From NCBI RefSeq assembly GCF_024521635.1, contig NW_026250413.1, positions 1,175,375 through 1,195,374 of the forward strand: a stretch of DNA of 20,000 nucleotides, read 5' to 3'. The notes below the pieces were generated by a model. It made no database searches, was not told the origin of the DNA, and was given only the letters and a program-made list of their open reading frames with translations. A program made the translations under genes and the position numbers. The stretch is from Tricharina praecox (lineage: Eukaryota). Below, piece by piece: positions 1 through 10,027 of this stretch (position 1 is its first letter; each line of letters starts with the position of its first letter).

Positions 1-937
1 ATATGACATTCCTTTCCGGCACAGGATTTCCCGCACTTCTATCCACGGAGTATGCGATATCTTCAACCTCAGCTCGGGAACTATCGGTCCACTGACTACC
101 TGTCGGCGACGAGAGGGAGAGACTGACGTCTAAAATTTTCTCTCTTGGAGTGCACGCCGACGTTTATTCCACTCTACCCTCTCGCATTAAACAACCCGAT
201 AGGCAGTCACGGTTTATCACTCTGCTTGGTATTTTTACTATCGGTGGAGTTCGACATCCTACGTATTCTTCGCACTCGGTGCCGGACGGACATCTTCACC
301 TCTTTGACGTCAAACACGTCCCAACGCCGTTCAGGACAATGCGTTTACAGGCTGGGAAGCGCATCTCAACCGTCCGAGATGGCCTGAAATCAGTAGTTAC
401 CCCTATTACCGCAATCGAACCGTCGGGACAAATCTGCTCACAACCGGTAGAGCCGTCCGACTGCATTCTTCACGTGACCTGCCATACCTCCAGGTCGTAA
501 TCCCTCGACGGAAACGAGCCGCGCAATTCTACGCGCACGTGAGGTGACCTAGGTAGGAACCACAGCAGTCAATGACGTTGTTGGAAGTAGAATTGTAGCG
601 CCGGCACGATCCTGTAGCTCTTTTAAAGGCATGTGAGTGTTTCAAGGGGAAAAAGGGCTCCCGAGTTGTCGCCCGGCCTGGGTGGAGCGGGCTGGAATCG
701 TGCGCATTACGTTCGATGTCATTGTGATTGCGGCCGCTGTTGTCTCGCACCAGGCTTATTCCTGTCGTAAATTACTAGCACCGAGGGACGAGGTGCCAGT
801 AACAACTTCAGTCATAAGTCTGGATTAAGTCCTTGCCCCAAAAAACTTTTTTTCGCGACACATCAAAAATGTTTTTCATGACAACCAAAAACAAAAATAA
901 CATCCGTCACGTGACCGCCCATCATCGACCCCATAAT

Positions 938-1595
938 AGCGAATTCAGCAAAGATGCCTTGGAGCGAATCCAGTACAGAGCCCTGGGAGCGAATGTAGTG
1001 GAGAGGCCATGGCAGGGAAAGCAGTAGGGGCCCTGGGAGCGAATGAAGTAGAGAGGCTATGGCAACGAATCCAGTACCGAGCCATGGCAGCGAGTCCGGT
1101 CAAGCGCTCTGGGAATGAATCCAGTAGAAAGATCTGGCAGCGAATCCAGCAGAGAGGCCTTGGGAGCGAATCCAGTACAGAACCCTTGCAGCGAATCCAG
1201 CAGAGATGCCTTGCAGTGAATCCAGTACAGAGGCAGAGAGGCCTTGGAGCGAATACAGTACAGCGCCATGGGGGCGAATGCAGTAGACAGGCCATGGCAG
1301 CGAATCCAGTACAGAGCCATGGCAGCGAATCCAGTACAGAGCTATGAGAGCGAATGCTGTAGAGCAGCTGGGAGCAAACTCAGCAGAGAGGCCATGGCAG
1401 CGAATCCAGCAGAGAGGCCATGGCCAGGAATGCAGTACAGAGCCCCGGGAGCGAATGCCATGGTGAGCTCTGGGAGCGAGTGCAGTGATGCAGCCCTGGG
1501 AGCTAATGCAGTGGTAAGGCCCTAGGAGCGACTCCAGGACTGAGCCGGGGGAGAGAAACCAGTACAGAGTAATGGTAGCGAATCCACCTGAGAGG
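938..1595 (+). repeat. Degenerate ~25-26 bp minisatellite, core GCGAATCCAGTACAGAG
   Basis: Recurring unit such as GCCATGGCAGCGAATCCAGTACAGA (adjacent near-perfect copies at ~1291-1345) with many variants. Translations give repeated WIRC / RIQYR / ANPVQ peptides. Confidence 0.9.
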
Positions 1596-1875
1596 ACTGG
1601 GGATTCTTGGCAAGCATCTGTAGGTGATTACAACGCCTGCCGACTATTGCCTGTTTCGCCGCGGAAAGTATGATAAATGTTTGGTAGCGTGGCCCATGAG
1701 TGTATACAGTCCACAGCCTGCCGGCGATCACAGTTTTGCCACGCCAAATGACAACCGCGTTGTTGCGGAAGGAACGTCAGTGGCACAAGTTTCTTTGGTA
1801 CCCAAATATCATTGCCAGCGACTCCATGTGTCTTAATCCATCATGGCTAGCGAACGGCGAAGGTTCGTTGTTACC

Positions 1876-1977
1876 TGGGCCTCACGACGGCATCCGCCCC
1901 CAAGGCGTCAGTAGTGGATTCACCGCTAGGACTCTCTAATGGATGCGCTTTAACGCCTCTCTGCTGGATTCGCTCCC
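1876..1977 (-). repeat. Inverted copies of the minisatellite unit
   Basis: 1955-1977 GCCTCTCTGCTGGATTCGCTCCC is the reverse complement of GGGAGCGAATCCAGCAGAGAGGC. The reverse complement of ~1876-1910 resembles ~1490-1522. Confidence 0.65.
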
Positions 1978-2190
1978 GGCTGCCACCCTATTTTGTTAAT
2001 GTGAGATGTGAAAATATTGATAGTATGGAAATGACAGTGTGTTATATGGACAGTGAAAACTTGGGTGCTGATGAAACTCGGCTCTTGTTGCGGAATGCAC
2101 ATCTTGGTTCTGCAATCGTCCCTCACTCACAGCGCTCCACTGCCTATCACTCGGCCACCTGCGACGCCTCAAAGTTTTGATGTGGTGACA

Positions 2191-2330
2191 TGTCACACCC
2201 CCATGGACTCTCCTGTAGTCACAGCCACAGGAGTTCGTTCAGAAGGGATCGGAAAACGTCATTAAATAGTCATAGCAGAGAGACAAGTTACGCAGAAGTG
2301 AGCAAACGTAATCCAGAGTCTAGATGTAAC
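2191..2330 (+). mobile_element. 5' fragment of an older LTR (D), distant relative of the B/C LTRs, interrupted by element A
   Basis: Starts TGTCACACCCC (the B LTR starts TGTGACACCCC). 2300-2324 GAGCAAACGTAATCCAGAGTCTAGA matches 18505-18529 at 23/25, at a similar distance from the LTR start. Confidence 0.65.
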
Positions 2331-2840
2331 TGTCACGGCTCGCGACGGCACGTTCCAAGAAGAGTCGGAACAGGGATCGGAAGGCAGCGCCGGGACAGTG
2401 CAAGGGGCTGCGCGGGCGGCAATGCAAGAATGAGCCGGAGGGATTGGGGCTGTGTGTTGGTAGCAGGGGTAGCGCGGCAGTGCAGGCTGTGACTCACTGG
2501 AGCGGGGTATCGGCGAGGAGAATTTCTCAGGGTCTAACACATGCCCACGGTCATAGTCAGGTTGCGGGAAGAAGTGGAGGATTTCCTATATAAACGGGCC
2601 GGCGCCCCTCTGTAATTAGTTCTTCACGCAACAACTTGTTAATTCAATCACTGTTACCTCTGTCCTTGCCTCGGCTGCCGTCTGCGCCGTAGTCCTTGTC
2701 CCTGTCTCTGTTCTCAGTTGCCGTCCGCACTGAGCCCTGCCTCACCTTGTCCTCTGAACCTGTCTTGTCTCTGCCGAACCTAGAACCCGATTCCGAGCCC
2801 GACTTCGCTACCTGGAGCCTTGCCCGACCATGCCGTTACA
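2331..2840 (+). repeat. 5' LTR of element A (510 bp)
   Basis: Termini TGTCACGGC...GCCGTTACA (imperfect inverted repeat). Homologous to the inverted solo LTR at 5242-5386/12761-13174. gag ATG follows at 2880. Confidence 0.93.
2587..2594 (+). promoter_or_regulatory. TATA box in LTR A
   Basis: TATATAAA about 33 nt upstream of the putative self-primer; conserved as the reverse complement TTTATATAG in the solo copy near 12862-12870. Confidence 0.65.
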
Positions 2841-2842
2841 CT

Positions 2843-2850
2843 TTGTTGCG
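2843..2850 (+). promoter_or_regulatory. Putative self-priming PBS of element A
   Basis: TTGTTGCG, 2 nt after the LTR end, is the reverse complement of CGCAACAA at 2627-2634 within the LTR. There is no TGG tRNA-type start. Confidence 0.65.
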
Positions 2851-2879
2851 CCGCCCATCTCTCCACCTAGCGAAGAACC

Positions 2880-4070
2880 ATGGCCACCAACACCCCAGCA
2901 CCAGACCCTCCCCAGCAGGAGGAAGTACCGGTGGCACCCCCCTACTATCGAGAAATTCCCGCCACCGTCTACGAGCAACTCGAGATCATCGTCAACCACG
3001 ACTCACCCGCCGACAATGCGACACTGTTGGGGTTATATAACCAGTTCCAAATCATAGCCCGCGCAATCACCCAGTCCCCCACAGCAGCACCCACCTGGCG
3101 AGTAGACGACCTCGAAGAACAACTTGCCAACTCCCGTCGTATCGCCAACCTTCTCGCCACACTAGAAACCCAACCCCAGGGCCGCGCCGAGCGCGTCCCG
3201 GAGCCAGCCATGTTTGATGGCACTCGAGAGAAGCTTGAAGGGTTTGTTGCCCAGCTTCAACTCAAACTGTACAGCGACCCTACCCGTTTCCCGTCCCCAG
3301 CACTCACAATGGCCTACACCTTCAACCGTCTCGAAGGCCGTGCCCAGGCCCAGATACTGCCGTACATCCAGAACAACGTGATCAGCTTGACCGGTGCCGA
3401 TGCCATGGTCACCATCCTCGAAAAGGCCTTCGGCGATCCCGACCCAGCGGCCACCGCACGCGCCGAACTCCACCGTCTCAAGCAAGGGAACAAGGACTTT
3501 ACGTCTTACTTTGCGGAGTTTCAAAGGCTTGTGTCCAAGCTGAACTGGGACGAGCATGCCAAACTCGATGCACTACGCGAAGGAGTCTCCATTTAGCTCC
3601 ACCGACAACTGGTGGGCCGCACTCAGGGACTCACCTACAACCAGTTCGTGGCTCTCTGCCAGAGCCTCGACTCCGAGCTACGGGCCCTCCAACTCCGTGA
3701 AGGCCGCCGCAACCCCCCGCGACGAAACAACAGCCCGCAACTCCCAGCTCCGCCCAGGAATCCGGCCCATAACAGTACACCACCAACAACCACTGCAACC
3801 GGAACAGCCCCAGGGGCTATGGACCTCAGCGCGAACAGTCGCAAGATCTCTGACCAAGAGCGAGCTGCACGTCTCCGCGAGGGACGTTGCCTGTACTGTG
3901 GAGGCAGTGGCCACATGGCCCGACACTGCCCCAACAAGAATCGGAACCCTTTCCGTGCCGCAGCTGCACAGCTGACGTTTGAGCAACCCGGAACCCCGAC
4001 CCCAGACCACCCGTACTACAATTGCAACCAGAATTGTGGCGACAACCAACCGCAGTCGGGAAAAGCCTAG
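2880..4070 (+). pseudogene. gag: gag of element A with one in-frame stop (TAG 3594-3596)
   Basis: ORFs 2880-3596 and 3612-4070 are in the same frame. Contains a retrotransposon-gag motif (PEPAMFDG...LKQG...YFAEFQRL), an AMDL motif and a CCHC knuckle CLYCGGSGHMARHC. Confidence 0.92.
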
Positions 4071-4103
4071 ACCAACAACCGCTTGATGGCACTGTTGTTG
4101 GTC
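4058..4103 (+). promoter_or_regulatory. -1 ribosomal frameshift signal of element A
   Basis: Slippery heptamer G GGA AAA (4058-4064) in the gag frame, with pol in the -1 frame. A 10-bp perfect stem GACCAACAAC (4070-4079) / GTTGTTGGTC (4094-4103) follows. Confidence 0.8.
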
Positions 4104-5241
4104 GTACCCAGGATAAGTCTGTTTCTCCGTTTTCTACTCATTTTCGTTTGTCCAATTTGTCAGTGTCTGGGATGGTAGTGGAGGAATCATCAATGGAAGG
4201 GAAACATCTTGTTGTGCTATGTAACCTTTCGTTTGGTGACAAAACCATTGCCACACATACGCTGATCGATTGTGGAGCAACCGGAATCGCCTTTGTAGAC
4301 AAAGACTTCACCCGCCATCACAACCTACCCCTCGTACCCCTAGAATCCCCGCGCGCCCTTGAGGTCATCGACGGCCGCCCCATCGAGTCCGGCGACATCA
4401 CACACGTTGCCACCACCACCCTGTCAATCCAAGAGCACCAAGAAGAACTCCCCATGTTCGTCACCAAACTGGGGCACAACCCAATCGTACTCGGAATTCC
4501 CTGGATGGACCTACACGACGTGGCCATCCGATTCAGCTCCCGCACCCTCACTTTTGGTTCCCAATATTGCACTGCAAACTGCAATACGGTACCTACAGTA
4601 GCTCACTGTATCACCACGAACCCACCAGAACTACCCTACGCTCTCGCACCAAACGTAGCTCTGGAAGAGCCAGCGGTAAGCGCGGGGGCCGGCGACATCA
4701 TGGCCCGGTGCATTACGTCTCCCCAGATCAAAGAACACCAGCAGGGTGCTAACCGGAGGGAACCCACGGTCATAATCTCAGCCCTCTGAATGAAGCCTTT
4801 CCAGCAGATGACAGAAAAGGAGAACCTCACCATCTTCGCCACGACCCTAACGGAGATCAATGAAGCTCTATCTGAAGAAAAACAGAGCCCAACCGCCCAC
4901 ATTCCCCCCGAATACCACGAATTTCTCCACCTCTTCTCTGAAAGGTTGGCGCAGAACCTACCACCCCATCGGCAATACGACCACAAGATCCCACTAAAGG
5001 AAGGATTTGTGCCCCCTTACGGACCCCTCGATTCCCTCTCGAAAATCGAGCTGGTCGCACTCAAGGAATGGCTTGACGACAATCTGAGCAAGGGATTCAT
5101 CCGTGCGTCCTCATCACCAGCGGCATCACCGATCCTGTTTGTCAAAAAATCAGACGGCTCCTTGCGACTGTGTGTGGACTATCGAGGCCTGAACGAAGGA
5201 ATCATCAAGAACCGCTACCCACTTCCCCTGCTCCAGGAAAC
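4058..5241 (+). pseudogene. pol: pol of element A, 5' segment (aspartic protease, start of RT); in-frame TGA at 4787-4789
   Basis: LIDCGATG protease active site; [21 protein letters not shown]...NRYPLP RT N-terminal motifs. Confidence 0.92.
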
Positions 5242-5386
5242 TGTAACGGCACGGACGGGCAAGGCTCCAGGTAGCGAAGTCGGGCTGGGGATCGGGTTCT
5301 GGGTTCGGTAGAGGCAAGACGGGTTCAGGGGACAAGGTGAGGCAGGACTCAGTGCAGACGGCAACTGAGAACAGAGGCAGGGACAA
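5242..5386 (-). mobile_element. A-family solo LTR (A'), U5 part, inverted relative to A and split by element B
   Basis: Similar to the reverse complement of ~2696-2840. Starts TGTAACGGC; left TSD GAAAC at 5237-5241. Confidence 0.93.
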
Positions 5387-6075
5387 TGTGAGACTGGGAC
5401 GGGTTTGTGTCGTCGGAGTCTATAGTAAAATCGAGGATAGAATAAAAGTCAGGGATTTCGATAATTCACAACGGAATAATCTTAAGGGTGTTTCTTCGAT
5501 GGTTTGTTCGGTGCGATGATTGTGTTTTGTTCGGTTGCCCGCTCGGTTCGACTTATAGTCGTCCCGATCCTCAGCACGTGATTCCTCTAGAGTGCGGCCT
5601 AACGTAGCTCCGTTGCTTCCTTTGCATCGGAGTTCCGCGGCCTAGCCTTGAGTCGTCGTCAGCTCTCTTCGGATAGTCTTCTCGACTAGGCAGGTGGTAA
5701 ACACCACGCGCCCAAGATAGATCGGGGTTTCCGAGCAATTATCTCCCTCATGCGCCGGCAGAGTTCTTCGCTCGAAGTTGTCTGCCCCCATCGGTCGATG
5801 TTCGATTCTCTCGTCATAACAGTTTTTTCCTGGATCGGAGTTCCTACTGCGGGGCCCTATGATCGGAGATCTCAAAGTCCTCTGGACTGTTATCCCGATC
5901 TCCCGCATCTCCGATCACTGTCTAGACTCTGGAATCCGTTTGCTCCCTCCTTCCTATCTTGTCTTTGATCGCTTCTAACTATCCTTTCGGCTCGCAACTC
6001 TATTCTAATCACCCGAACTATCTAATCACATCTCTTGCGACCGTCGTGTCCTCCGATACCTATCGGGGTGTCACA
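5387..6075 (-). repeat. 3' LTR of element B
   Basis: Direct repeat of 12067-12755; the only difference seen is 5853 G versus 12533 A. Confidence 0.97.
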
Positions 6076-6089
6076 CCATCTCCCCTTCC
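6076..6089 (-). promoter_or_regulatory. Polypurine tract of element B
   Basis: Minus strand reads GGAAGGGGAGATGG directly before the 3' LTR TGTGACA. Confidence 0.9.
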
Positions 6090-6217
6090 ACGAGGCTTCG
6101 GCCCGAAGCACCCAAGTCCTCGCCTTTATCCTAACTTGATAACTGTGGATGAAGTCCTCCAACCCCTTCATCCTACTACCTGCCCGAGTTCGAGAAAAAC
6201 CACATGGGAAAAAACTC

Positions 6218-9200
6218 TTACTCATCTGTGAGCCGGTAGTCCCTCGGCGCATCGGGATTTTTGCGATGAAACTCGCGTAGCTTTTCCCGACCGCCTACTG
6301 AGAAGTTGTCGAATGGCTCGTTCGTCCAGTCCCGTCGTTCGGGGTAGTTGAGCCATTTGACGAGGTAGAGCACTCGTCGACCTTTCTTCGAGCTGCCCAT
6401 AACCTCATCGACGTCGTATTCTTCGTTGCCTTCCACATCATCGGCCTCTCGTAAGATTTGAGAGGGATCCGGTGGTGCTCGGGTGCCGGCTCGGAACGGT
6501 TCAACGAGCGAGACGTGAAAGACATTATGAATCTTCCACTTCCTTGGCAGAGTGAGCTTGACAGCGAGCGGCGATACGATCTTCTCGATTTGGAAGGGAC
6601 CATGGTTCTTGTGGTCCAACTTCCGCGAGGGTCGGCGGGTTTGAATGTTCCGCCCATTGAGCATTACCAAGTCTCCTACTTGATAAGCCGGTGCCTCCTG
6701 ACGATGTTGATCTGCATACTTGCGCATTCGTTCGCGCGTTCGTTCGAGGGTCTTGATGTTTTCCTCGTGGACTGTATGCATCCAGTGAGCGTAGACCTTG
6801 CTGGCGGGGTTGAGAGAATTTGCCGCAGCAGGGTTTGTCGCCGACGGGTGGTATCCGAAATTCGCATAGAAGGGCGACATTCCGGTTGCCGATGTAACCG
6901 AGTTGTTGTAGGCAAACTCAGCCATCGGTAGGAGATTCACCCAATCGTTCTGTTCGTAGTTGACGAAGGAGCGGAGGTATGCTTCGATCGTCTGGTTGAG
7001 GCGTTTGGTTTGTCCATCCGTCTGTGGGTGGAACGCTGTTGACATCCGGGGCTTAATGCCTAGCAGCCGGATGAATTCTTTCCATGTACCCGAGGTAAAC
7101 CGTGAGTCTCGGTCCGACACTATGTCTGCTGGTAATCCGTGAAAGCGCCATATCTCGCGGGCAAAAATCTTCGCGAGATCCTCGGCTATCTTTCCATCCT
7201 TAGGTAGGGGGATGAAATGCGCCATCTTGGTGAAGCGGTCGACGACCACCCATAGCTGGTCGCATCCGTTGGATTCCGGTAGGTCGGTAATGAAGTCCAT
7301 GGCTATTGATTGCCATGGGGTGTATGGTAACTCGAGGGGATTGAGTAGTCCATACGGCTGGTGCCTTGTTGCTTTGTCCTTCTGACACTGCGCGCAACTC
7401 CGGACGAAGTCTATAATCTGCTCGTCCATCTTTGGCCACCAGAAATTGCGTCGGATAAGTTCGATAGTCTTGTCCTGGCCCATATGCCCCGCGACTTTCG
7501 TATCGTGTTCCGACTCGAGGATGTGTCTGACGAGTTCCTTATCGTCTGGTACCCATAGCCTTTCTTTCCTATACAGGCACCCCTCTTCCATCCTCAAAAT
7601 CCTGGCCTTTCGGCCCATCCTGCCGGAGTCCCTACTCTCGGCGGCCAGTTCCCAGGCCTTTCGGCCCTCCGACTCAGTGTCCTTCTGAGCCGCGTCCTCG
7701 TTCGTGTCCTTGATGCTGCTCAGAGCCTCCTGATACCCAGCATCTTCCTTTCCTGCCTTCCTGACCCAACCCAGAAATTCTTCATTCCACTTTGGCACGG
7801 GGATTGAATGTAGCCGAGTTGACGAAACCAGAAACACGGTGCTCTCGCCTCCGGTGCTGATTGATGAAACTCTCGAATCGTCGCCTGCAAAGTGTGATTT
7901 ATGCAGGACCGTCGTAATCGGCTGATCTTCACCCCCCCCTTTTTCAGGGCGGTACTCCGGGCGCCTGGATAATGCGTCAGGCTTGCCGTTCTGGCTGCCG
8001 GGCCGGTAGTAGATTTTGAAGTCGATGCCAGCGAGTTCTTGTGCCCATCTCGCCTGCCGTCGATTGAGTACTTTCGTGGTTGTGAAGTACTCAAGGTTCT
8101 GGTGGTCGCTGTACACCTGGATCTGGTGTTTTGCTCCCTCAAGGTATTGCCGCCAGCGTTTGAAAGAGTCTACTATCGCGAGTAGTTCCTTATCGTGAAT
8201 CTCAAAGTTGATTTCGGCTGGGGTAAACTTTCTTGAGTGGAACGCAACTGGGCGTAACTTCCCATCCTCTGTCCTTTGAGACAGGACCGCGCCCAACGCG
8301 AAGTCCGAAGCGTCGGATTCCACCACGACAGGTAATTCTGGGTTGAAGTGCCCGAGAATCGGTGCCGTGGTGAACCTAGACTTCAGCTCCTCGAAGGCCA
8401 GTTCCATCTCCGCTGTCCATCTCCAATCCTTCCCTTTTTCTTTTGTGCTCTCGGTCAAGGGTCTCGTGATTTTTGAGAAATCCTTGATGAAGCGCCTGTA
8501 AAAATTGGCGAACCCAAGAAAGGCTTGTACTTCCTTCAGGGACCGCGGCGCCTCCCACGAGAGCACAGATTCCACCTTGTCCTTAGCCATCTCAATTCCA
8601 TCTTGGGATATCACGTATCCTAGGAACTCGACTCTCCCTGTCGACCAGACACACTTCTCTGGTGAGATTGCCAACTTATTTTCTTCCAACCTCTTTAGTA
8701 CCTCGATGACTATCTTGTCATGCTCCTCGTGCGTCTTCGCATAGATGAGGAGGTCATCGATGTACGCGACCAGTCCCAGGTCCAACATATCCCGGAATAT
8801 GTGGTTAATCATGTCCTGAAACGTCGCTGGAGCGTTGGTCAGCCCAAACGGCATGACCAAAAACTCAAACAGTCCGTATCGACAGCGGAAAGCCGTCTTC
8901 CACTCGTCACCTTCTTTTATGCGGATAAGGTGATAGCCATTCTTCAGATCAATCTTGGTGAAGACTTTCGCACCCCTGACTCGGTCTTGCAACTCTGCCA
9001 TGATCGGGAGTGGGTAGCGATTGGCTACGGTAATCTTGTTGATACCGCGATAGTCGACACACAATCGGAGACCCCTGCCGTGCGCCTTTGGTACAAATAA
9101 TATCGGCGCCCCGGCTGGTGATTTGGATCTTCGAATCTTGCCTGTCTGGAGCATCTCCTTGAGCCACTCCCTGAGGGCCTCAAGTTCTTTCTCTGACAGG

Positions 9201-10027
9201 GCATAGATAGGACCCCATGGAGGAGTCTCTCCTTCCTTGAGATCGATTGCGTGGTCGTAGGACTTGTGGTCGGGAAGCTTATCGGCTGCTTCCTTGCTCA
9301 TGATGTTGGCATATCGTCTGAATTTCTCCGGAAGCAGATTCATGGGTGGATCTGATTCCGGCCCAGCTGAGACGTATCCAATAATGCGAGCCTCCGAATT
9401 GTGAATGACAGACGTGTCAAGTTCCATCGGAAAGCTGGTTGCTTGTTGCAAGGTGCATTGTTCCTTGCATCGGGTGCTGGTGAAGCGAATTTTCTGTGCT
9501 TCATTCTTCCACAACCCTGTCGGTTCATGCTTAGCCATCCACCAATACGGGAGGTAGGCATCGCAGTCGTCCAAGGGAGCCACTTCGAAGGTTTCGTTGG
9601 TGTAGTGCCTCCGGTGTTGAAGGAGCATCGGCATTGTATAATATTCCCCGGCTCCTTCCACTATGGTTCCGTGGAAGTCCTTGATTTCCACCGGCTTAGG
9701 TCGTTGAATGAGAGGCAACCCAAGTTCTCGTGCAAGGCTTCGTTTGATGATCGGAATGGCACATCCTGTGTCAAGGAGTACTCGGATCCGTCGTCGCTTG
9801 TGCTCAGACCAGAGGAGCATCATTTCTATGATTGGTCGTGGTCCGCTGACAGGTTTTGGGGGCTCACACCCTGAGGCGCTCGGCGCGGTTGGACTCGTAG
9901 AAATAGGTTGGTCCGTTCGTCTTCGCTTATCTCTGGATTCGCTGTCGATATCCTGAGGCCGTGGTCTCTTCGTTCCGCAAACATATACACTTGGCCGTCC
10001 AGTCTGCGGAGTGCTGGGGCCGCTCAA
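6218..10027 (-). CDS. pol: Pol polyprotein of element B (PR-RT-RNase H-IN-chromodomain), probably expressed as Gag-Pol by -1 frameshift
   Basis: Motifs LLDTG, LCVDYR, YIDD, ESDASD, SDHQNL, HHCC zinc finger, MDFI...SDRD...QT(K)R, GPF, and a C-terminal EYDVDEV...YLVKWLNY chromodomain. The listed start is a TTG overlapping the gag stop. Confidence 0.96.
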   Translation of the reverse strand: MSGPSTPQTGRPSVYVCGTKRPRPQDIDSESRDKRRRTDQPISTSPTAPSASGCEPPKPVSGPRPIIEMMLLWSEHKRRRIRVLLDTGCAIPIIKRSLARELGLPLIQRPKPVEIKDFHGTIVEGAGEYYTMPMLLQHRRHYTNETFEVAPLDDCDAYLPYWWMAKHEPTGLWKNEAQKIRFTSTRCKEQCTLQQATSFPMELDTSVIHNSEARIIGYVSAGPESDPPMNLLPEKFRRYANIMSKEAADKLPDHKSYDHAIDLKEGETPPWGPIYALSEKELEALREWLKEMLQTGKIRRSKSPAGAPILFVPKAHGRGLRLCVDYRGINKITVANRYPLPIMAELQDRVRGAKVFTKIDLKNGYHLIRIKEGDEWKTAFRCRYGLFEFLVMPFGLTNAPATFQDMINHIFRDMLDLGLVAYIDDLLIYAKTHEEHDKIVIEVLKRLEENKLAISPEKCVWSTGRVEFLGYVISQDGIEMAKDKVESVLSWEAPRSLKEVQAFLGFANFYRRFIKDFSKITRPLTESTKEKGKDWRWTAEMELAFEELKSRFTTAPILGHFNPELPVVVESDASDFALGAVLSQRTEDGKLRPVAFHSRKFTPAEINFEIHDKELLAIVDSFKRWRQYLEGAKHQIQVYSDHQNLEYFTTTKVLNRRQARWAQELAGIDFKIYYRPGSQNGKPDALSRRPEYRPEKGGGEDQPITTVLHKSHFAGDDSRVSSISTGGESTVFLVSSTRLHSIPVPKWNEEFLGWVRKAGKEDAGYQEALSSIKDTNEDAAQKDTESEGRKAWELAAESRDSGRMGRKARILRMEEGCLYRKERLWVPDDKELVRHILESEHDTKVAGHMGQDKTIELIRRNFWWPKMDEQIIDFVRSCAQCQKDKATRHQPYGLLNPLELPYTPWQSIAMDFITDLPESNGCDQLWVVVDRFTKMAHFIPLPKDGKIAEDLAKIFAREIWRFHGLPADIVSDRDSRFTSGTWKEFIRLLGIKPRMSTAFHPQTDGQTKRLNQTIEAYLRSFVNYEQNDWVNLLPMAEFAYNNSVTSATGMSPFYANFGYHPSATNPAAANSLNPASKVYAHWMHTVHEENIKTLERTRERMRKYADQHRQEAPAYQVGDLVMLNGRNIQTRRPSRKLDHKNHGPFQIEKIVSPLAVKLTLPRKWKIHNVFHVSLVEPFRAGTRAPPDPSQILREADDVEGNEEYDVDEVMGSSKKGRRVLYLVKWLNYPERRDWTNEPFDNFSVGGREKLREFHRKNPDAPRDYRLTDE

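Noticed and set aside
1-830. Short ORFs on both strands as a host gene
   Set aside because: No recognisable motif, and the frames I translated have frequent stops. A degenerate or intron-containing gene cannot be excluded without a search.
938-1595. CRISPR-like array or repeat-protein genes
   Set aside because: Units are contiguous and degenerate with no unique spacers, the context is eukaryotic, and the ORFs are by-products of the repeat.
859-2184. CACATCAAAA / TTTTGATGTG as terminal inverted repeats around the minisatellite
   Set aside because: Only 10 bp, does not extend, and no TSD was found.
2934-2948. PPxY late-domain motif in Gag A (and PTAP near the start of Pol B)
   Set aside because: Four-residue motifs in Pro-rich regions arise easily by chance, and there is no env-like gene.
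3594-3596. Programmed stop-codon readthrough in gag A
   Set aside because: The element carries several other stops and damaged conserved residues, so simple decay is the better explanation.
5642-6231. Small ORFs repeated at 12322-12648 and 18225-18709
   Set aside because: They recur only because they lie in LTR copies; there is no independent coding evidence.
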